DNA of 64,000 nucleotides, from assembly GCA_000934665.2 (NCBI GenBank), contig KZ538412.1, positions 1-64,000 of the forward strand, written 5' to 3'. A program made the position numbers and the translations under genes. The stretch is from Catajapyx aquilonaris. Its lineage: Eukaryota. Shown piece after piece: positions 49,183 through 63,100 of the stretch (its first letter is position 1; each line of letters opens with the position of its first letter). The notes under the pieces are model-generated. The model had not been told where the DNA came from. It made no database searches and was given only the letters and a program-made list of their open reading frames with translations.

Positions 49183-52074
49183 GTATGTCCATTTTTTTAT
49201 TTTGTATTAGAACCCTAATGTACTGACCCATCCTGTGCAGTGGGCTCCAAAATATTGAAAGTGACATATCAACCGCGCCTAATTTGGTTACGGATATTTA
49301 GATGCTGTGGGCAATAACTTCTAACTTTTAGAGGAGTATGAAATTCAATTAATTGCCAGTGTAGGCTTTTTTATTTTTCAAAAATTACTTGGGTGTTTGC
49401 TGTTGTTTAGTTCGGGTTATTTTATAATAGTCTATTTAATGGGCTATTATCACATATGGGCCGATGTGTGCATAGCAAGAAATTGCTAAAATGATGTAGA
49501 GAGTATTATGCAGGGTGGTCAAATTAAAATGTTCTTAAAGCTTATCGATATTTGGGGGCTAACTGCGGATTATTTTAAGCAATGACTTTTGCATACTTTT
49601 AGTGGTTATCAAAGGTGCTTGCTGCTATAATATCAGGTTGTGTGGACGCATATTTTTTAAACCTTGCAAAGGGAACGTGGTCTGCAACAACAAAAAAAGT
49701 TCTATCATTGACGTGCAATGTCCATTGTTCCATTGACAGCTTTGACAGATGATTCAGATCGGCCTAATATTAGCATCTAATACTGTCGATAATCAGTAAA
49801 TTACTGTGCTTAAAATAAGCAGTCAGTGCCAAAAAAATCTGTAACCACTAAAGATATTGCAACCGCACCCTGCATTTAGGTACTCAGTTATTAGTAATAT
49901 TTCCGCCACATTGCACTTTCTGGTCGGGCTACATTTAAATGTGAATATTTTAATGAGGTCAGTCCTCGATGGTCAAGCCATTGCCCCTATTACCATGTGA
50001 TCTCATAAATCAGATCATAAAGTCAGTTATTCAACCTGTACGCAAGGAGTCCGATTGCGTCTCAAAACACTAAATAAACATAGGGTACTGCATAATGAGC
50101 CATCTGCATACTTTAATGGCCAGTCACCTTCATTTATTTTCCTTCAGTATTAATTATGCTATTTTTACGAGTGGAAAGGTATATCACAAGCATTGTCAAA
50201 ATTTTGCCACTTTGAAGCTCAAATGTGTGTAATTCAATACTTACTTTTACAAGCATTATCTGACATGAGCGCACATGTGTCATGGTAATCTGATAGCAAT
50301 ATGCTGAAGGGTTTTTTTTTTGTTTGCCATGCACGGGGACGTGTACTATTCACATGAGTCATCCTGGTTTCTTAAACCAGACAGCTGGGAGAGAGGTGAC
50401 TTTGGCTTGCAATCGTGTCTAATTGCGATAATTACAGGTGTGCAAGTTGATGATGAGACTAGCTTTCATTGGACTGACTTGATTTACACTTTCACCCGGT
50501 GACATTTCAAGTGCACGTTTTTATTTATTTTTTGCAAGAAATTTCCGGCAGATTGCTTTTCATTTGGTGAAAAAATAATCATACTTTTCCAATAGTTTTT
50601 CCTTTTGATGGCGGTGCGTTACTGTCTTAGGCGATTCGACTTTTCCTGGTCATAACCTGGCATTTTTTTATACAAGTCATCGGCACGTAAAGTGAACCAG
50701 GAAGTACTCAGAATAATTACCAGGGATGTAGTTTGTAATAATTACATCAATGTAACGTCATCGTATTCCATGAAAATGTGCAGTGTACGCACCCTTACAG
50801 ATTATCTCGTTGGATCATTTAGCAAAACCTTGTTTGCACTTGTGCGTGATAAGCTCTTGGATGTCTGACATAATGAAATGAGTTACTCAACATGGAGAAT
50901 CCTGTTATGGATCCAGTGTTGCAATAAATAGGCACAACAATATTGTTATGTCCGATATGTGTACCAAAATACAATCATTACTGTATTACTCTACATCCGC
51001 AACGTCAGTTCTCTTTGTACAAGTTTTCTGTTGTGATAGGTCAGAAAATTCTACCCTAATTGTCATGTCATTCATGAATAAAAATCCACATTCAATGTCG
51101 CTTTTTCTGTTTTGATATCAGTTTTTCTCATGCCACAAAGTAACAATGGTGTAGGCCTACTCTAATGTTAAGCAAGAGAGATTGCTAGTATCGTTTCATT
51201 TATTCACATATCTTATCAACTTGATTGAATCAGTTTCTTTTCTTCTTCTTTTTTTGCCAAACAAAGTTCTGTAACCTCATCAAGACGTCATGGTATCACC
51301 ATGAATTGCATTGTGAATGTGAACGATTCATATTGAGAGAAAATTTGCAGAAAAAATTTTCATATACAAAGTATCAGAATATCATGATATAAAGTGAGTA
51401 ATAGTCATGTAAATAAGTGTTCATAATATTGATGCGAGTGCGGTATTCGAAATAATATATGAATAGTGGTTTGAATAAATTAAATACATCGATGATATAA
51501 TACTTATTAACGTAAAAATCCACACAATTCTAAGACTAAATTAATAATGATAGATCTGCATGTAATATAACTTTATAGATACGTACAGACTATGCTAGCA
51601 ATATTTTGTAGTTCTATGCACATAGCCACAATGTATTTTTCCTTAACGAATTACGGCACTAACAATAGCAACATAGGGCCCTTACCTATTTACACGCACA
51701 TCTAAGTAGCGATATACCGTACTACATCACACATAAACTATTACTATGACAATAATGGAAAAATTAAATTCACCCTAGGGTATGTTGTAACTTCCATTGT
51801 AGGGAACCTCAGAGAGTTGAAATGACTTGAAAGCTGCAATGAGTTATGAACAAAGTGTATACACACACTGTAGGCTACTGGCAGCACTGCCCGTATTGCC
51901 TTGCGATAGTAATTATTCTGGTACCGATTCTATATTTAGTCCTGGCATTGTTTTTATCTGGACAACAGCGTTGTCTAAGCTAATTTCTGATTCCGTACAG
52001 CGTAATACACTGCAAATGACATCTTTGCTTTCAGGATCAAGGCTTGGACACCGTGTTTTTTTCACCTTGACATC

Positions 52075-55000
52075 ATGAGCAAGATCAAGAGTGGGAAATC
52101 CGAATCTGATGACGACGAAGCGAAGCCGGCGGGTAAGTTCATATGTCATATCTCGCATTTCATACATCACCTGCTGTCAGAGTACGTCACGATTGAGCCT
52201 GATCTTTCCCCATCGAACTTACATATCCTGGACAGTTAGATTTCACAAGTGATGCAAATCAAAATAATGTAGTTAGTATATTGGTACAGCTGTATGCTGT
52301 AAAAATACCGGCAAGAATTTCTACAGTGCATTACATAATGTGGAATCTGCATAGACGACAGTTGATGCAATGCGCGTCAGTTTGCAAGTACCCGTATACG
52401 TCAAAATTTGTTGTTGGAAAATGCTTGGTTTCATTCTTGCTCAATATACCAGATATATCGGATAGCTAAAGTCAACGAGATATACGTAGCACGGAGAAAA
52501 CGGGTTAAAATGTTCCACGCACATTGCCGCTGCGACTATTAATATACTGTATTTCCATGTGGTCACATAATATGGTTACTAGCATATTCAAATTATTGTG
52601 CGGGTGCAAAAATTGACGGAAAATTTTATGTGTAGGCCATACCGATCAAATACTGTACCGGTATATCTAAAGTTGTTTATGTATGTAAGCTACTCTGTTA
52701 TACACGAATGTACTGTACCATGTAAAATCAAGTTCTTGACCACATGAAAACTAGTAAAATCTGATATGTGGACCTTTATATGCAACAAACTGGATCTGCA
52801 TCAGGAATATGTCACTTGTGTTGCGAGTTGTCTTATTGTCGGAGAAAGTAATTGGCATCGTATAATTTATTATTCTAACAAGTGATTTTCTCAGTCAGAC
52901 ATATCAAACTCGCTATGTTGTCACTTTCAATTATTTCCAGCTGCATAATTGATCAGTAGCCTCAGTTAATAATATTTCAGATGTTTAATAATACAGTACT
53001 AAGCAAGCGGAAAATATATTGCTTTTGGCACTGTCACAGAATGCTATAAATAATAGGCCTACTTTAAAAGCTAATTCGCTACACAAAAAATAATATACAA
53101 GTAACAATATGCCTTTTTCAACAGTGGCCACATTATTTCCATCATGTCGCCTAACCCTGGCCATCATGTGTCTCTTCGCTACTTTTAACATGCTGATCCT
53201 CCGCATCAACCTGAGCTTCGCATTGGTCTGCATGGTTAAAACCAGTCCTCTTCAACTCCTTGACAACGAAACCCATTTCAACGACACCGGCTCAGAGGAG
53301 GACATCAGGTGTCGGCCGACCTCTGGCGGCCAAGGTCACCTCGATAAGTACGGAGAGGTATGTGCTAATCTTCCATACTGTCAATTTTAACTAGCAAGGA
53401 GACTTGATATATAGGTGCACATGGCCTGCACTTGTCTTATCATCATACTTTCTGAAATCAAGATTATTGTAAATGACAGGTGGTCATCACATCCGATGAG
53501 GTACGAGACAAATCACAGATTTTTGATAGGAACAGGGTCAAAACAAAGTTATAATAACCCAAATTAAAATGCATGCATTTACAATTACATCTCAAGGATA
53601 TACTGTATAAGGTTACTGTACGTATAAGGTAACTGTATAAGGTATGGCTGTGTATTACGCATAGAAACCAGCCTAACAGTTTCGACATTCAAGTGCTATT
53701 CCTGTTCTTTGGCCAAAGGTGTCGCGATTACTGGAACAGATAGGCCAGAAAACAAATCATAAGTAGGCATTTTTTTAAAACGTTACATGGTGAGTCAGAA
53801 CACCAGGGCAATCTCACCAAAATTGTCCGAAATTGGGGATGAGAAATGTCGGGGGTGAAAAAAAAAAAAAACAGAAACGTAATGGCACGGGACCTGCGCC
53901 CGGGGCTTTGTTTTGCATACGTTCCAGATAAGGTACGTGTCTGAGGGGGCAACCAAAAGGTTATCGTGGTCTATGTGTTCCTCACGCCTACACTTTAGAC
54001 TTGTTATTTGGCTAACGAGTAACGAGTACGCTTGTGGAAGATTGAACTGGAGCTCTGACACATCCAGTATAAACATACAGACTAATGGAATGCAGTGTTT
54101 ATTTCGAATGAAATATGCAAATTGACTATTGTTGTAAAAATAAGTGCCATACACAAAATTTAAAAATCGCAATGACGAATATTTACCATTTTAATAATTT
54201 TTATGGCATTAATGTTATGTAATATGGAACAAATCCTATTGACATCAAGGACGTTTATAAAATCCTGTGAAAATGATATTTAAAAAAAAACAGCGTATCA
54301 TCTTGTGCTTGTATCCGATCTAAATTCGACTCCAGTTCTTGGGTATATACGTCCTTTGAAATTTTGAACTCATAAAAAGATGTGTCGCTAGTCAATGGTT
54401 TTGGCCCATATTAGGTTTTAAAAAGGCATGATTCCTACACACAAAATGAGCTTTTCTTCCCTCAAGGTATTAAATATTAATTTCCTGTCCCACTGAAGCC
54501 ATACACTGTACCACCTACTTACGAATCCACACTAACTCTAGACCATGATTTCAGGGCGAATTTGAATGGAACAAAGAACTGCAAGGAAGATTACTTGGAG
54601 CATTTTTCTATGGGTATGCCATCACGCAAATTTTTGGAGGATGGCTGAGTGATCGATTTGGCGGAAAGTTGATGTTCATCGGAGGAATGTTTTGTGTCAG
54701 CATCTTGACCATGTTCAACCCTATGGCAGCTCGTTTCAGCCCTGAATGTCTCTTTGCTGTTCGAGTCCTACAGGGTGTCACTCAGGTAAGTCAATTGCAA
54801 TAAGAATACATGTCAAAGCTGTATGAATTGTCTATTACAGGGATTCTCACTACCACCAATCATGGTCCTGTTTAGTCGTTGGACCGGACCAGGTGAACGA
54901 GGCATATGTTTGAGCATCGCTTATGCTGGTTTCCCATTAGGAAGTGCTCTGATCTTCCCTATGTCTAGTTTCCTATGCCAGTATGGTTTCGCAGGCAGAT

Positions 55001-56594
55001 GGCCATCTGTGTTTTACGTCACTGGTAAGCTATTGTCATTCATTTGCTTCCGGATATTGTCATCGCCTTGTGTGATGTAGAGGAGTGCAACTTTTCAGGG
55101 TTGATGGGTTTGGTCTGGTGTGGGGCCACCTACTTCTTGGTATATGACACCCCGGAGGAACATCCACGAATCTCATTTGAGGAGAAGAAGTACCTCGAGA
55201 CGTCCAATGCCGTCCATGGGAAGAGTTACTCAAAGGTAAAAGAGCTTCAGTTGTTGCACATACAACCGGCTCTAATTGTCCAACTTTGTTTCAGAATTTC
55301 AAAGTTCCATGGAAGGCCATGGCATTGTCTCCACCTGTCTACGCAGTGGTGTTCACACACTTCTTCGCCAGTTGGGGATTCCACACTATTCTCATCAACC
55401 TTCCGATATTCATGAAAGAAGTCCTCTATTTCGAAGTGGGAGAGGTAAGCTACGTTACATCGTTTGTTCTGTCACCAATTAATGCCTGTTCGATCCGGAC
55501 AAACACACCGAACCCACGTGGGATACAATATAATGCCCGACTGATGCCAAGGCCATTTGCATCACAAAACCGTAAATCACGTTTCCAAGTAAAATTGTTA
55601 TTGGAATATTACGCAAGAGTTACACTGGTACAAATAAAATTAAACGAGCCGGTTGAATCGAGCATCTGCAAAAACAAGTCGATTGTACGCCCTGTAATTA
55701 GTTAGACGTCATTCGTTATGCATCACATTGCTATATATTTCTTTTGACAGAATGGACTCCTGTCATCCCTTCCTTACATGGGGACACTAGGAGTACACAT
55801 GCTTGCTGGACACCTATTTGATCGATTGAGGAACAAAAAAGTGGTCAGCCTGACCTGGCTCCGAAAAATCTTCAACACTGTCGGTAAGTCCATCAAGTAG
55901 GTCACAAAACTGGGCCAGTGTCCATCTGGCTGAATATCCACCATTGTTATAAGGTTGCATGCTCAAGGGCAGTATTCGCAACACAAGTGTGCCCCACATG
56001 TTTTGGGTGTCACTGTCATGGACTACAAAATAACTGCGCCCACATTTGGCAGGTCTGATCATCCCTGGAATAACCATGCTGGTAATGGCTGCCCTTTCCT
56101 GCCATCACCAGTACGGAGCTATCGCCAACATCGCTATCGGACAAGCCTTTACTGAATGTGCCCTAATGGGCGGATACCTTCTCAGTTTCATCGATCTTGC
56201 ACCTCGTTATGCTGGAATACTCATAGGAGTCACAAATTCTGTTGGAGTTACAACCGGATTTGCGACTCCAGCTACAGTGGCAGCGTTGACCCCGAATGTA
56301 ATGACCCACCATGACCTAAAGTGACTGGAGATTAATAGCAGAATTTCATTTCAGAGGACAAGAGAGGAGTGGTTGGGTGTGTTCTACATTTCTGCAGCCA
56401 GCTATTTTGTGGGTGCTGTGGTGTACCTGCTTTTGGGAAGCTCAGAGCTGCAAGAGTGGGCTAAAGAAGTTAATGAGGAGGAAGAAGAGGAAAAGAAGAA
56501 GATGAAGGATGTGGAGGCACCACCAGAAGCTAATACTGAACGTGATGCGATGATTGGTCCGGTGACTGTTACACGTCTTGACACTGTGGAGTAG
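52075..56594 (+). CDS. SLC17/sialin-family MFS anion transporter, 536 aa
   Basis: Exons 52075-52132, 53125-53357, 54555-54785, 54841-55024, 55099-55235, 55295-55444, 55751-55883, 56053-56297 and 56355-56594 are all GT-AG and phase-consistent (1611 nt). Motifs: RINLSFALVCMV, GEFEW, GAFFYGY..TQI.GG.LSDRFGGK, WPSVFYV.G, YDTPEEHPRIS.EEK.Y, VPWKAM, DLAPRYAGIL.G.TN. Confidence 0.93.
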
Positions 56595-57781
56595 TGCACC
56601 TGATGTTTTAGGAACGATATCTCGTAGGTTTAACACATAAGATGGACTCGAGTGTTTACTCATCTTGGTCATGTCATATTCAGGAAACTCATTGTGTCAC
56701 GACTCTCAATGTGTCATTGTTGTCTTTTTTTTCGTCCAGTGTGTATCGTATTTTATTGGCAGAATATATGAGCTGTTGTCTCATAAGCTTCGATGTCGCC
56801 TGTGCTGTACATGCAAAAGTGACAGAGCTATCAGTATGTACTGTATACAGAGAATAGGTGTCAAGACTATTCACTTCAAGACATATCATACGGTCATTGT
56901 TATATGGAACAGTATTCCTTTGTACCCTCTTGTGACAACCACATGGAAAAAAATAAATTGATGTATATTTTTATCAACAGGATGTTTAACACTTCCTTGA
57001 CCCAGCCTATGAGATTGCAAGATTGCAAATAAAGCTTAACTACCTCTTTATGGCCATGCCGCATATCAACATACCCATTAGCGATAACGAACCTTACACA
57101 AGTCGCTGACATGGCCAGCGGTTACATCTGAAGATAAATCTAGTTTCTAAGAAATGCTCATCATGGCACAATCCAGCTCAAAAGTTCAGCGAGGTGTACA
57201 GTTGCATTTGCGTCACCCGACTAATAATCCTTGCTAATAGAAATTAATAGTCAATTGAGTCACTTTACACGTCGTTGATTAACACACGATGAAGGGTAAT
57301 TCCCATCTTTTTTCACTGTCAAGGCTCGAATAAACAGCAGCCAACGAGGGGCGTTGGCTGCAGTCGTATGCGTCACGTCTATTACAAGAAAATGGTTCGA
57401 CATATACCGGTTTGAACTTGAGTCCGAATACGAAGTTGAAATCGACGTGATGCCGCATTCCGAAGGATATTTGTCAAGCTCATTTGAAAAGAGCCTTGAA
57501 GTCATACTGTCACGACAATTTTTTGGAAGTTGCGTTATTCATAAGGACGAGTTTTGATGAGTGGCTTCACCTTGACATCATCACCTGAATCCTATTCTAA
57601 ATGCATTAGCTGACTGTCCTTGCTTGCTGAGTTGGTTGCAGTGGGTCAGGATACTCATATGTAAAGTGGATTCACTGCACCTTCCTATGAATAATTCTGG
57701 AAATGTTGCAACCGGTCAAAGTACATCTGGAGTCGTTAATATAGGTAGGTGTGACCACAATTACCATTGTTATAGTGGAGG

Positions 57782-59080
57782 ATGTCTCACCAAGAGGCAG
57801 GGGTTCAACCGGCTCTTCGGTTTTGCAGGATAGAGCAGAAGTCTGATACCGATAAGCTGGGTTTTAATTTGAACAAAAGCAAGTGGGAACCATATCCGAG
57901 GGTGTACCAAGTGGTGCCCAAATCTGCGAGTGAGGAAGCAGGATTACGTGATGGTGATTGCTTGCTGGCTGTCAATGGAAAGAGTGTGGTTGGAAGCAAA
58001 ATGTCGCAGGTGACGGCTCTTATCCGGAGTTCATCCAGTCGCCTGGAGTTGCTCGTTTGGACTCTCGGAGAAATCCAAGACGTATGTATGGAAATGCGGA
58101 ACATGTGTCACCTACATACATATACATGTCCGATGTCCCCATTTCAGAGCGATTGCGAGGGTCCCAACCTGAAGTTGTCGTCCTGCCTAGAGTCACTGGT
58201 GTCACTCTTGGAGTGTCCAGTTTGCCTTGAGACCATCTCTCCTCCGGCCAACCAGTGTCTGCAGGGGCACCTCCTGTGTCGTCGCTGCAGGTCGTGCCAA
58301 CAAAGATGTCCCATTTGTCGAGGAGCGTTCTCTCGAACTCGGCCACTTCTGGCCCACCACCTATACACTTCCCTGACCGACGTGTTACTGTCACGACCAC
58401 CTTTGCCCTTTATTGGATCCGCCTTGGTTCCAGTCTCTTCCACACCTTCGTCTACCCTCTCATCACTCCCGGGGAAGGCATTAGCTGCATTTATCTGCCT
58501 ACCACAGTCACTCAACATCCCTTTGGCCAAATGCGTATTGCCCCCGAATGTCCCTCAACCTGATATAACCAGCCCAGAACCAATGGTATTCAGCTGTCCT
58601 ATAGCCAACTGTAACACGACGACATCCACAAATTATTTTCTGGATCATTTCAGCGAGTACCATTCTTCAACTCTCCTGGTGTCCAAGTTGTCTGTGGATA
58701 TTCCTATGAGTCCCGGACTGGTGATGCCCCCCGTTTGTTTAATGGCCTCCCAAAAAGTGTTCGTATTAAAGACTGTGTCGTCCAGTGATGGAGTCTTTGT
58801 CTGGTTGTGGATGGTTGGAAATGCTGAAGAAGAGGAGCAGTGGGAGGGAAAGTTGAGTTTGCATCAGGGTCGTGTCACTTGGACCTTAACACTCGGGGTG
58901 TTCTCAGTTTATAGCGACGAAGTTCATGTGAGAAATTCACCCAGATGTACCCTTATGAATCATAGGCTCCTGGAAGACTTGATTCGAGTTCAAAATGTCG
59001 ATAGCATTATACAAATGGATGTGGAGGTTTATGCAAAAGTGACAGACGTAGCTTTGCTCCCACTAGTCACTCGCTTCTGA
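57782..59080 (+). CDS. PDZ-domain + SIAH/SINA-like RING E3 ubiquitin ligase-like protein
   Basis: N-terminal PDZ (KLGFNL...V..V..KSASEEAGLRDGDCLLAVNGKSV....SQVTALIR), C3HC4 RING LECPVCLE...QCLQGHLLCRRC......CPICR, then CPIANC...H....H finger and a beta-rich C-terminus. Probable intron 58082-58147 (410 aa spliced, 432 aa unspliced). Confidence 0.85.
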   Translation: MSHQEAGVQPALRFCRIEQKSDTDKLGFNLNKSKWEPYPRVYQVVPKSASEEAGLRDGDCLLAVNGKSVVGSKMSQVTALIRSSSSRLELLVWTLGEIQDVCMEMRNMCHLHTYTCPMSPFQSDCEGPNLKLSSCLESLVSLLECPVCLETISPPANQCLQGHLLCRRCRSCQQRCPICRGAFSRTRPLLAHHLYTSLTDVLLSRPPLPFIGSALVPVSSTPSSTLSSLPGKALAAFICLPQSLNIPLAKCVLPPNVPQPDITSPEPMVFSCPIANCNTTTSTNYFLDHFSEYHSSTLLVSKLSVDIPMSPGLVMPPVCLMASQKVFVLKTVSSSDGVFVWLWMVGNAEEEEQWEGKLSLHQGRVTWTLTLGVFSVYSDEVHVRNSPRCTLMNHRLLEDLIRVQNVDSIIQMDVEVYAKVTDVALLPLVTRF

Positions 59081-60177
59081 TTGTGACGCACATTTGAATA
59101 TGGTAAACAGATACATTATAGGGCCTGTTTATTGGGTAATACCGTCACACAAAAAATCGGTACGGGGTTATCAACGTAATAATTGTATTATAATAATTGT
59201 CATTTTTGCATCCGAGACAATAAAATTCCACCCAATAGATGACTGCATTGCCTTACATGTATATTATTAGAATATATCATTTTGAATAAAATTAGATTAT
59301 GTACTGTACAAGCGCCATACTAAATACCTGCAATAAATTATACAAAATCGTTATGATGTCATCTCATTTGTGTGCTATCAGGTGGGCCAAGGTCAAATTC
59401 CGGTACAGACGTGTGATATAAAATGTAATAAGGAAACATTTCAGACATAGCAAACTACCACTTTGATCTAAATTAACGTATTTAATAATACAGCTGTAGC
59501 AAATGCAGATATTTAATGGCATATCACCGTCGACCGTCGGTATAACTACCCATTGATAGATCTGCTGAGTTGCTCGTAACAACTGAACCCGAGATTGTCC
59601 CATCTTTCTCTATAGCAAAATCTATAAATATGCAGGTTGTGGATATTATAGGCGTCATATTCCTCAAGTTCAATAATGCCGCTAATACTGCATCAATTGG
59701 TGCCTCATTTTTCGTAATTCGCTAGATAAAATATGCACATATGGAGAAGCTGCCACTACTTGATTATTCTAAACAATTTAAATATTCTGTACCCAAGACA
59801 ACTGCATACAATTTCCGTAATTTGTATCAAGCAGGCTATATAAAATACACCTGTTATAATTACCGTGATTTATCGACAAGTTTAATTGTTATTTTTTCCC
59901 CCTTATATTTTTTAATCTTCTAATTTGACCCACCATGCACTTCACAGTCTAGCAACGTGCCGACACTACGATCAAAGTGTAATCCACAGCTTGTTACTCC
60001 ATCAGCCAACCCAACTTGTCACAGTCAAGATCTATTTGACAGTCTGGTCCGCCTCCTTAAAAAAACACTGCCCATCTATTACCCATCACTTGGATCACTT
60101 ACTTTCTTACGGGCTCATCGTTTTACAAACATGTTTATACCGAATGGGTATGCAAATCACTATGGGACAAAGACTCA

Positions 60178-63100
60178 CCTCGGGTCGGTAGATAAAATGC
60201 CTGACACTTATCGATGTATCCGTAGTTGACTGGGCATTTTATTTTGGTACCCACTTTCCTCACCTCACTAACTTAGGTGACCACGTGACTTTATTCCGCC
60301 CCCTTAAAAAGCAGCCTCTGTGTCTCCATTCCTCACCTTCTGCCCTGGACAGTCTGCGTAGGAAGGCACCTCCTACTCCAGTGCTATTGACTCTCATCCA
60401 CAGTTTTTTGGTGACTATGGACAACCTATCGACTATAATCACAGCAGGTATAGTACATATAGAGGAAGTTCACTTAATGAGGTGAGTTGACTGTATGCTG
60501 ATGTGGGCATGATTATTTCAGCTAAAGAGAGTGATGGCGCAACTGAGAAACTCAACAATGTGGATGAGTTTGATGTTTGGTTGCACACCATGTGGAACTG
60601 GACAGTGGGATTTATTGCTGGAATGATTGCAGCTCATTTCTTACGGCGTGGATTAGGTCTGCATCCATGATGGCTAGCAGTACCATGAAGTGGCAACCAT
60701 GACGGGAACTCTTTTTACATTTTATACAGAACTGACTTTTATAATATCCAACATTGGTAGTGTTTTGAAATATGTCTCAGTAGTGCAGTGGATTTGACAT
60801 ATGTGGCGTTTAACTGTCCCGTTGTGGCCGGAATAAACTGATGGGGGGGAAAAAAGAGATTTGTTTTGTTCCTTATCTGACAGGCATCAGCTTCGAAAAT
60901 AGCGCCATGTTGTTGAAGTCATTGGACGTGTATACTCGTAATAAGAATGCTGTGTTGGTCACTACCATTGGCAGGCAGCCAGAAACGCAGTTTTATCGTA
61001 AGTAACAGGCGTAAACTAAAGTGCAGAATGCTAAATGCTGATTCCACTACCTTTTTGTCATAATATTGCTCTAAAATTTATTTATTTATTTATACCCCAT
61101 TGGGAGAATCGGCGCTCCATTAGGGGGGTGGTGGAGTACCACCATTGGATGGGGCCAAGAGGCGGCTGTGGCCTATTATACGAAAACAACCCCGGAATTA
61201 TCATGGGGGGGGGGGACCGTGGAAAACCACAGAAAACCACGGTCAGGGTTGCAGGCCCCGGGATTCGAACCCAGGACCTCCCGATTAGCAGTCGGGCTCC
61301 TTAACCACCACACCAACTAGCTTCGGTATATTGCTCTAAAATTTAAACAAAATTGACAAAAAATATATACGGTATCCAAATTTAACGCGCAACTTTTTTG
61401 TGTTTATTGTGGAAGGGTCTAGGATACTGTATATATACACAAGTAGATCTCGTTTTACGTCTGTTTTGCTGGAACCTAACTCCATCGTATTAGGTTGCGT
61501 GGAGACAACCTTTTATAAACGATAACAAGGTGGTCCGGGTCCACCATGTAAAAATGCAGTCAGTTGTTCGGTGACATTCAAATGGACTAACCCCAATTAG
61601 AAATTAATGTGTTAATGCCCAGAAAAATTGAAGTGTACTAAAGATATTTGTATGGACAGATGAGCTCAGTTTATTGGTCTGACTGATGGACTGCTCTTTG
61701 TGACAGCAACTGATTGTAAATTATTGCTTAATTTTTGACAGATTATGCCAATGTCTTTGTCAGTGGCGCACATTGTCGCAGTTTAAAAAAAAACTTCCAC
61801 ACACAATCAAGTCAGTGTACGAGTATCTACGTATATGATTCTATGAAATGGGCCTTATCAAAAATCCTTCCTCATGGAATTAGCATACCGTATGGCATTA
61901 TTATTATTATTGTTATTATTATTGTTTTGTTATTATTATTATTATTTCGCCATGGGCGATTAGCCCTTTTGGTGGAGAGAGCGTACCAACTTCAACAAAA
62001 TAAATGGTTACATGAGTAGTGTACAGTCTCCACAATTGCGTCACATCAATAACAAGCAACACTCACTAATAAATATGTATGGCATTATTACAGTTAATTT
62101 TGGAATAATTCTTCAAACCTCAAATTCGGATAATAATTTCGACTATTAAATATGGTCGATCTGATATGGCTCACTATTGCGTACTTTTTTCTGAAGCAGC
62201 TTAAAAATAATTCAGGGGGAATGGGGGGGGGGGGGGNGGGATTTGCAGACCACTGATTATGATTCAGCATATTTAACAAAAAAATCTACAATGAAAGTTA
62301 AAATTGATCACCTGGTTGATTCATTTAAAATATAATTTCAGCCACTTTTAAAATCAAGTACAGTATTTAAAACTCCAGTATATAAATTGACAATCCAGAG
62401 TGATAAAATTTTTACCTATTTTGTCGTTATAGTTTGCCAACCTAGGTATTGGCCATGTGGAGTTGTGAAATTCCAGTTGATTTGGAATTTGCCCAATAAT
62501 AATTTTACTTCTTGAGGCTTTAGATTGCGAAGGAAAGTAAGTCTTGAAAAATTCCTGCAACAGTCAGAGTAGCCTTAGGTACAGTACCACTGCACACAAA
62601 CATTACACTGGTTTGTGAGTATATGGATAGCCTTCCTAGGGGTACATATAGAGATCTTCAGCATTTGCCTCAATCTGTCTTGTCGCAATGAATTGACATA
62701 ATCTATCTTGTTCCCCTGCCACCTGCTGCAGGGGAACAAGATTATGTCATATTTACAGACTTCGTTCCAAGTGATGCCATAATGCAACCAAATGAGATGT
62801 ACAAATAGGACTTCTGGAATATTTTCTCATTACTTCAATCAAACGAGAAAATTGAATCCCTAGTAATTATTTCATTATTGGGATACACTGCCAAGTGTAA
62901 TTAATATTTCAACTACGTCAGGTTAAGTGCAATTGGCACTACCAATTTCCAATGAATTACATATTATTGATGTGGGACTCATTTCGGAATAATCTTGCTA
63001 TTGGATTGGAAAGCAAGTATTGTATGCAAATGCAAGGCAACAGAAGTGCCAACAGAGATCTTGTGCTAATCAGTGTTTTTACAAGCACAAAGCAATCCAA

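Noticed and set aside
53109..53124. ATG at 53109 as the SLC17 start
   Set aside because: It lies in the pyrimidine tract of acceptor 53124; exon 52075-52132 supplies an in-phase start with a gtaagt donor.
61255..61327. tRNA-Ser(GCT)-like sequence (also heads at 27811, 25369 and 20781)
   Set aside because: SINE heads: followed by a body and tail, flanked by TSDs, and lacking a proper acceptor stem.
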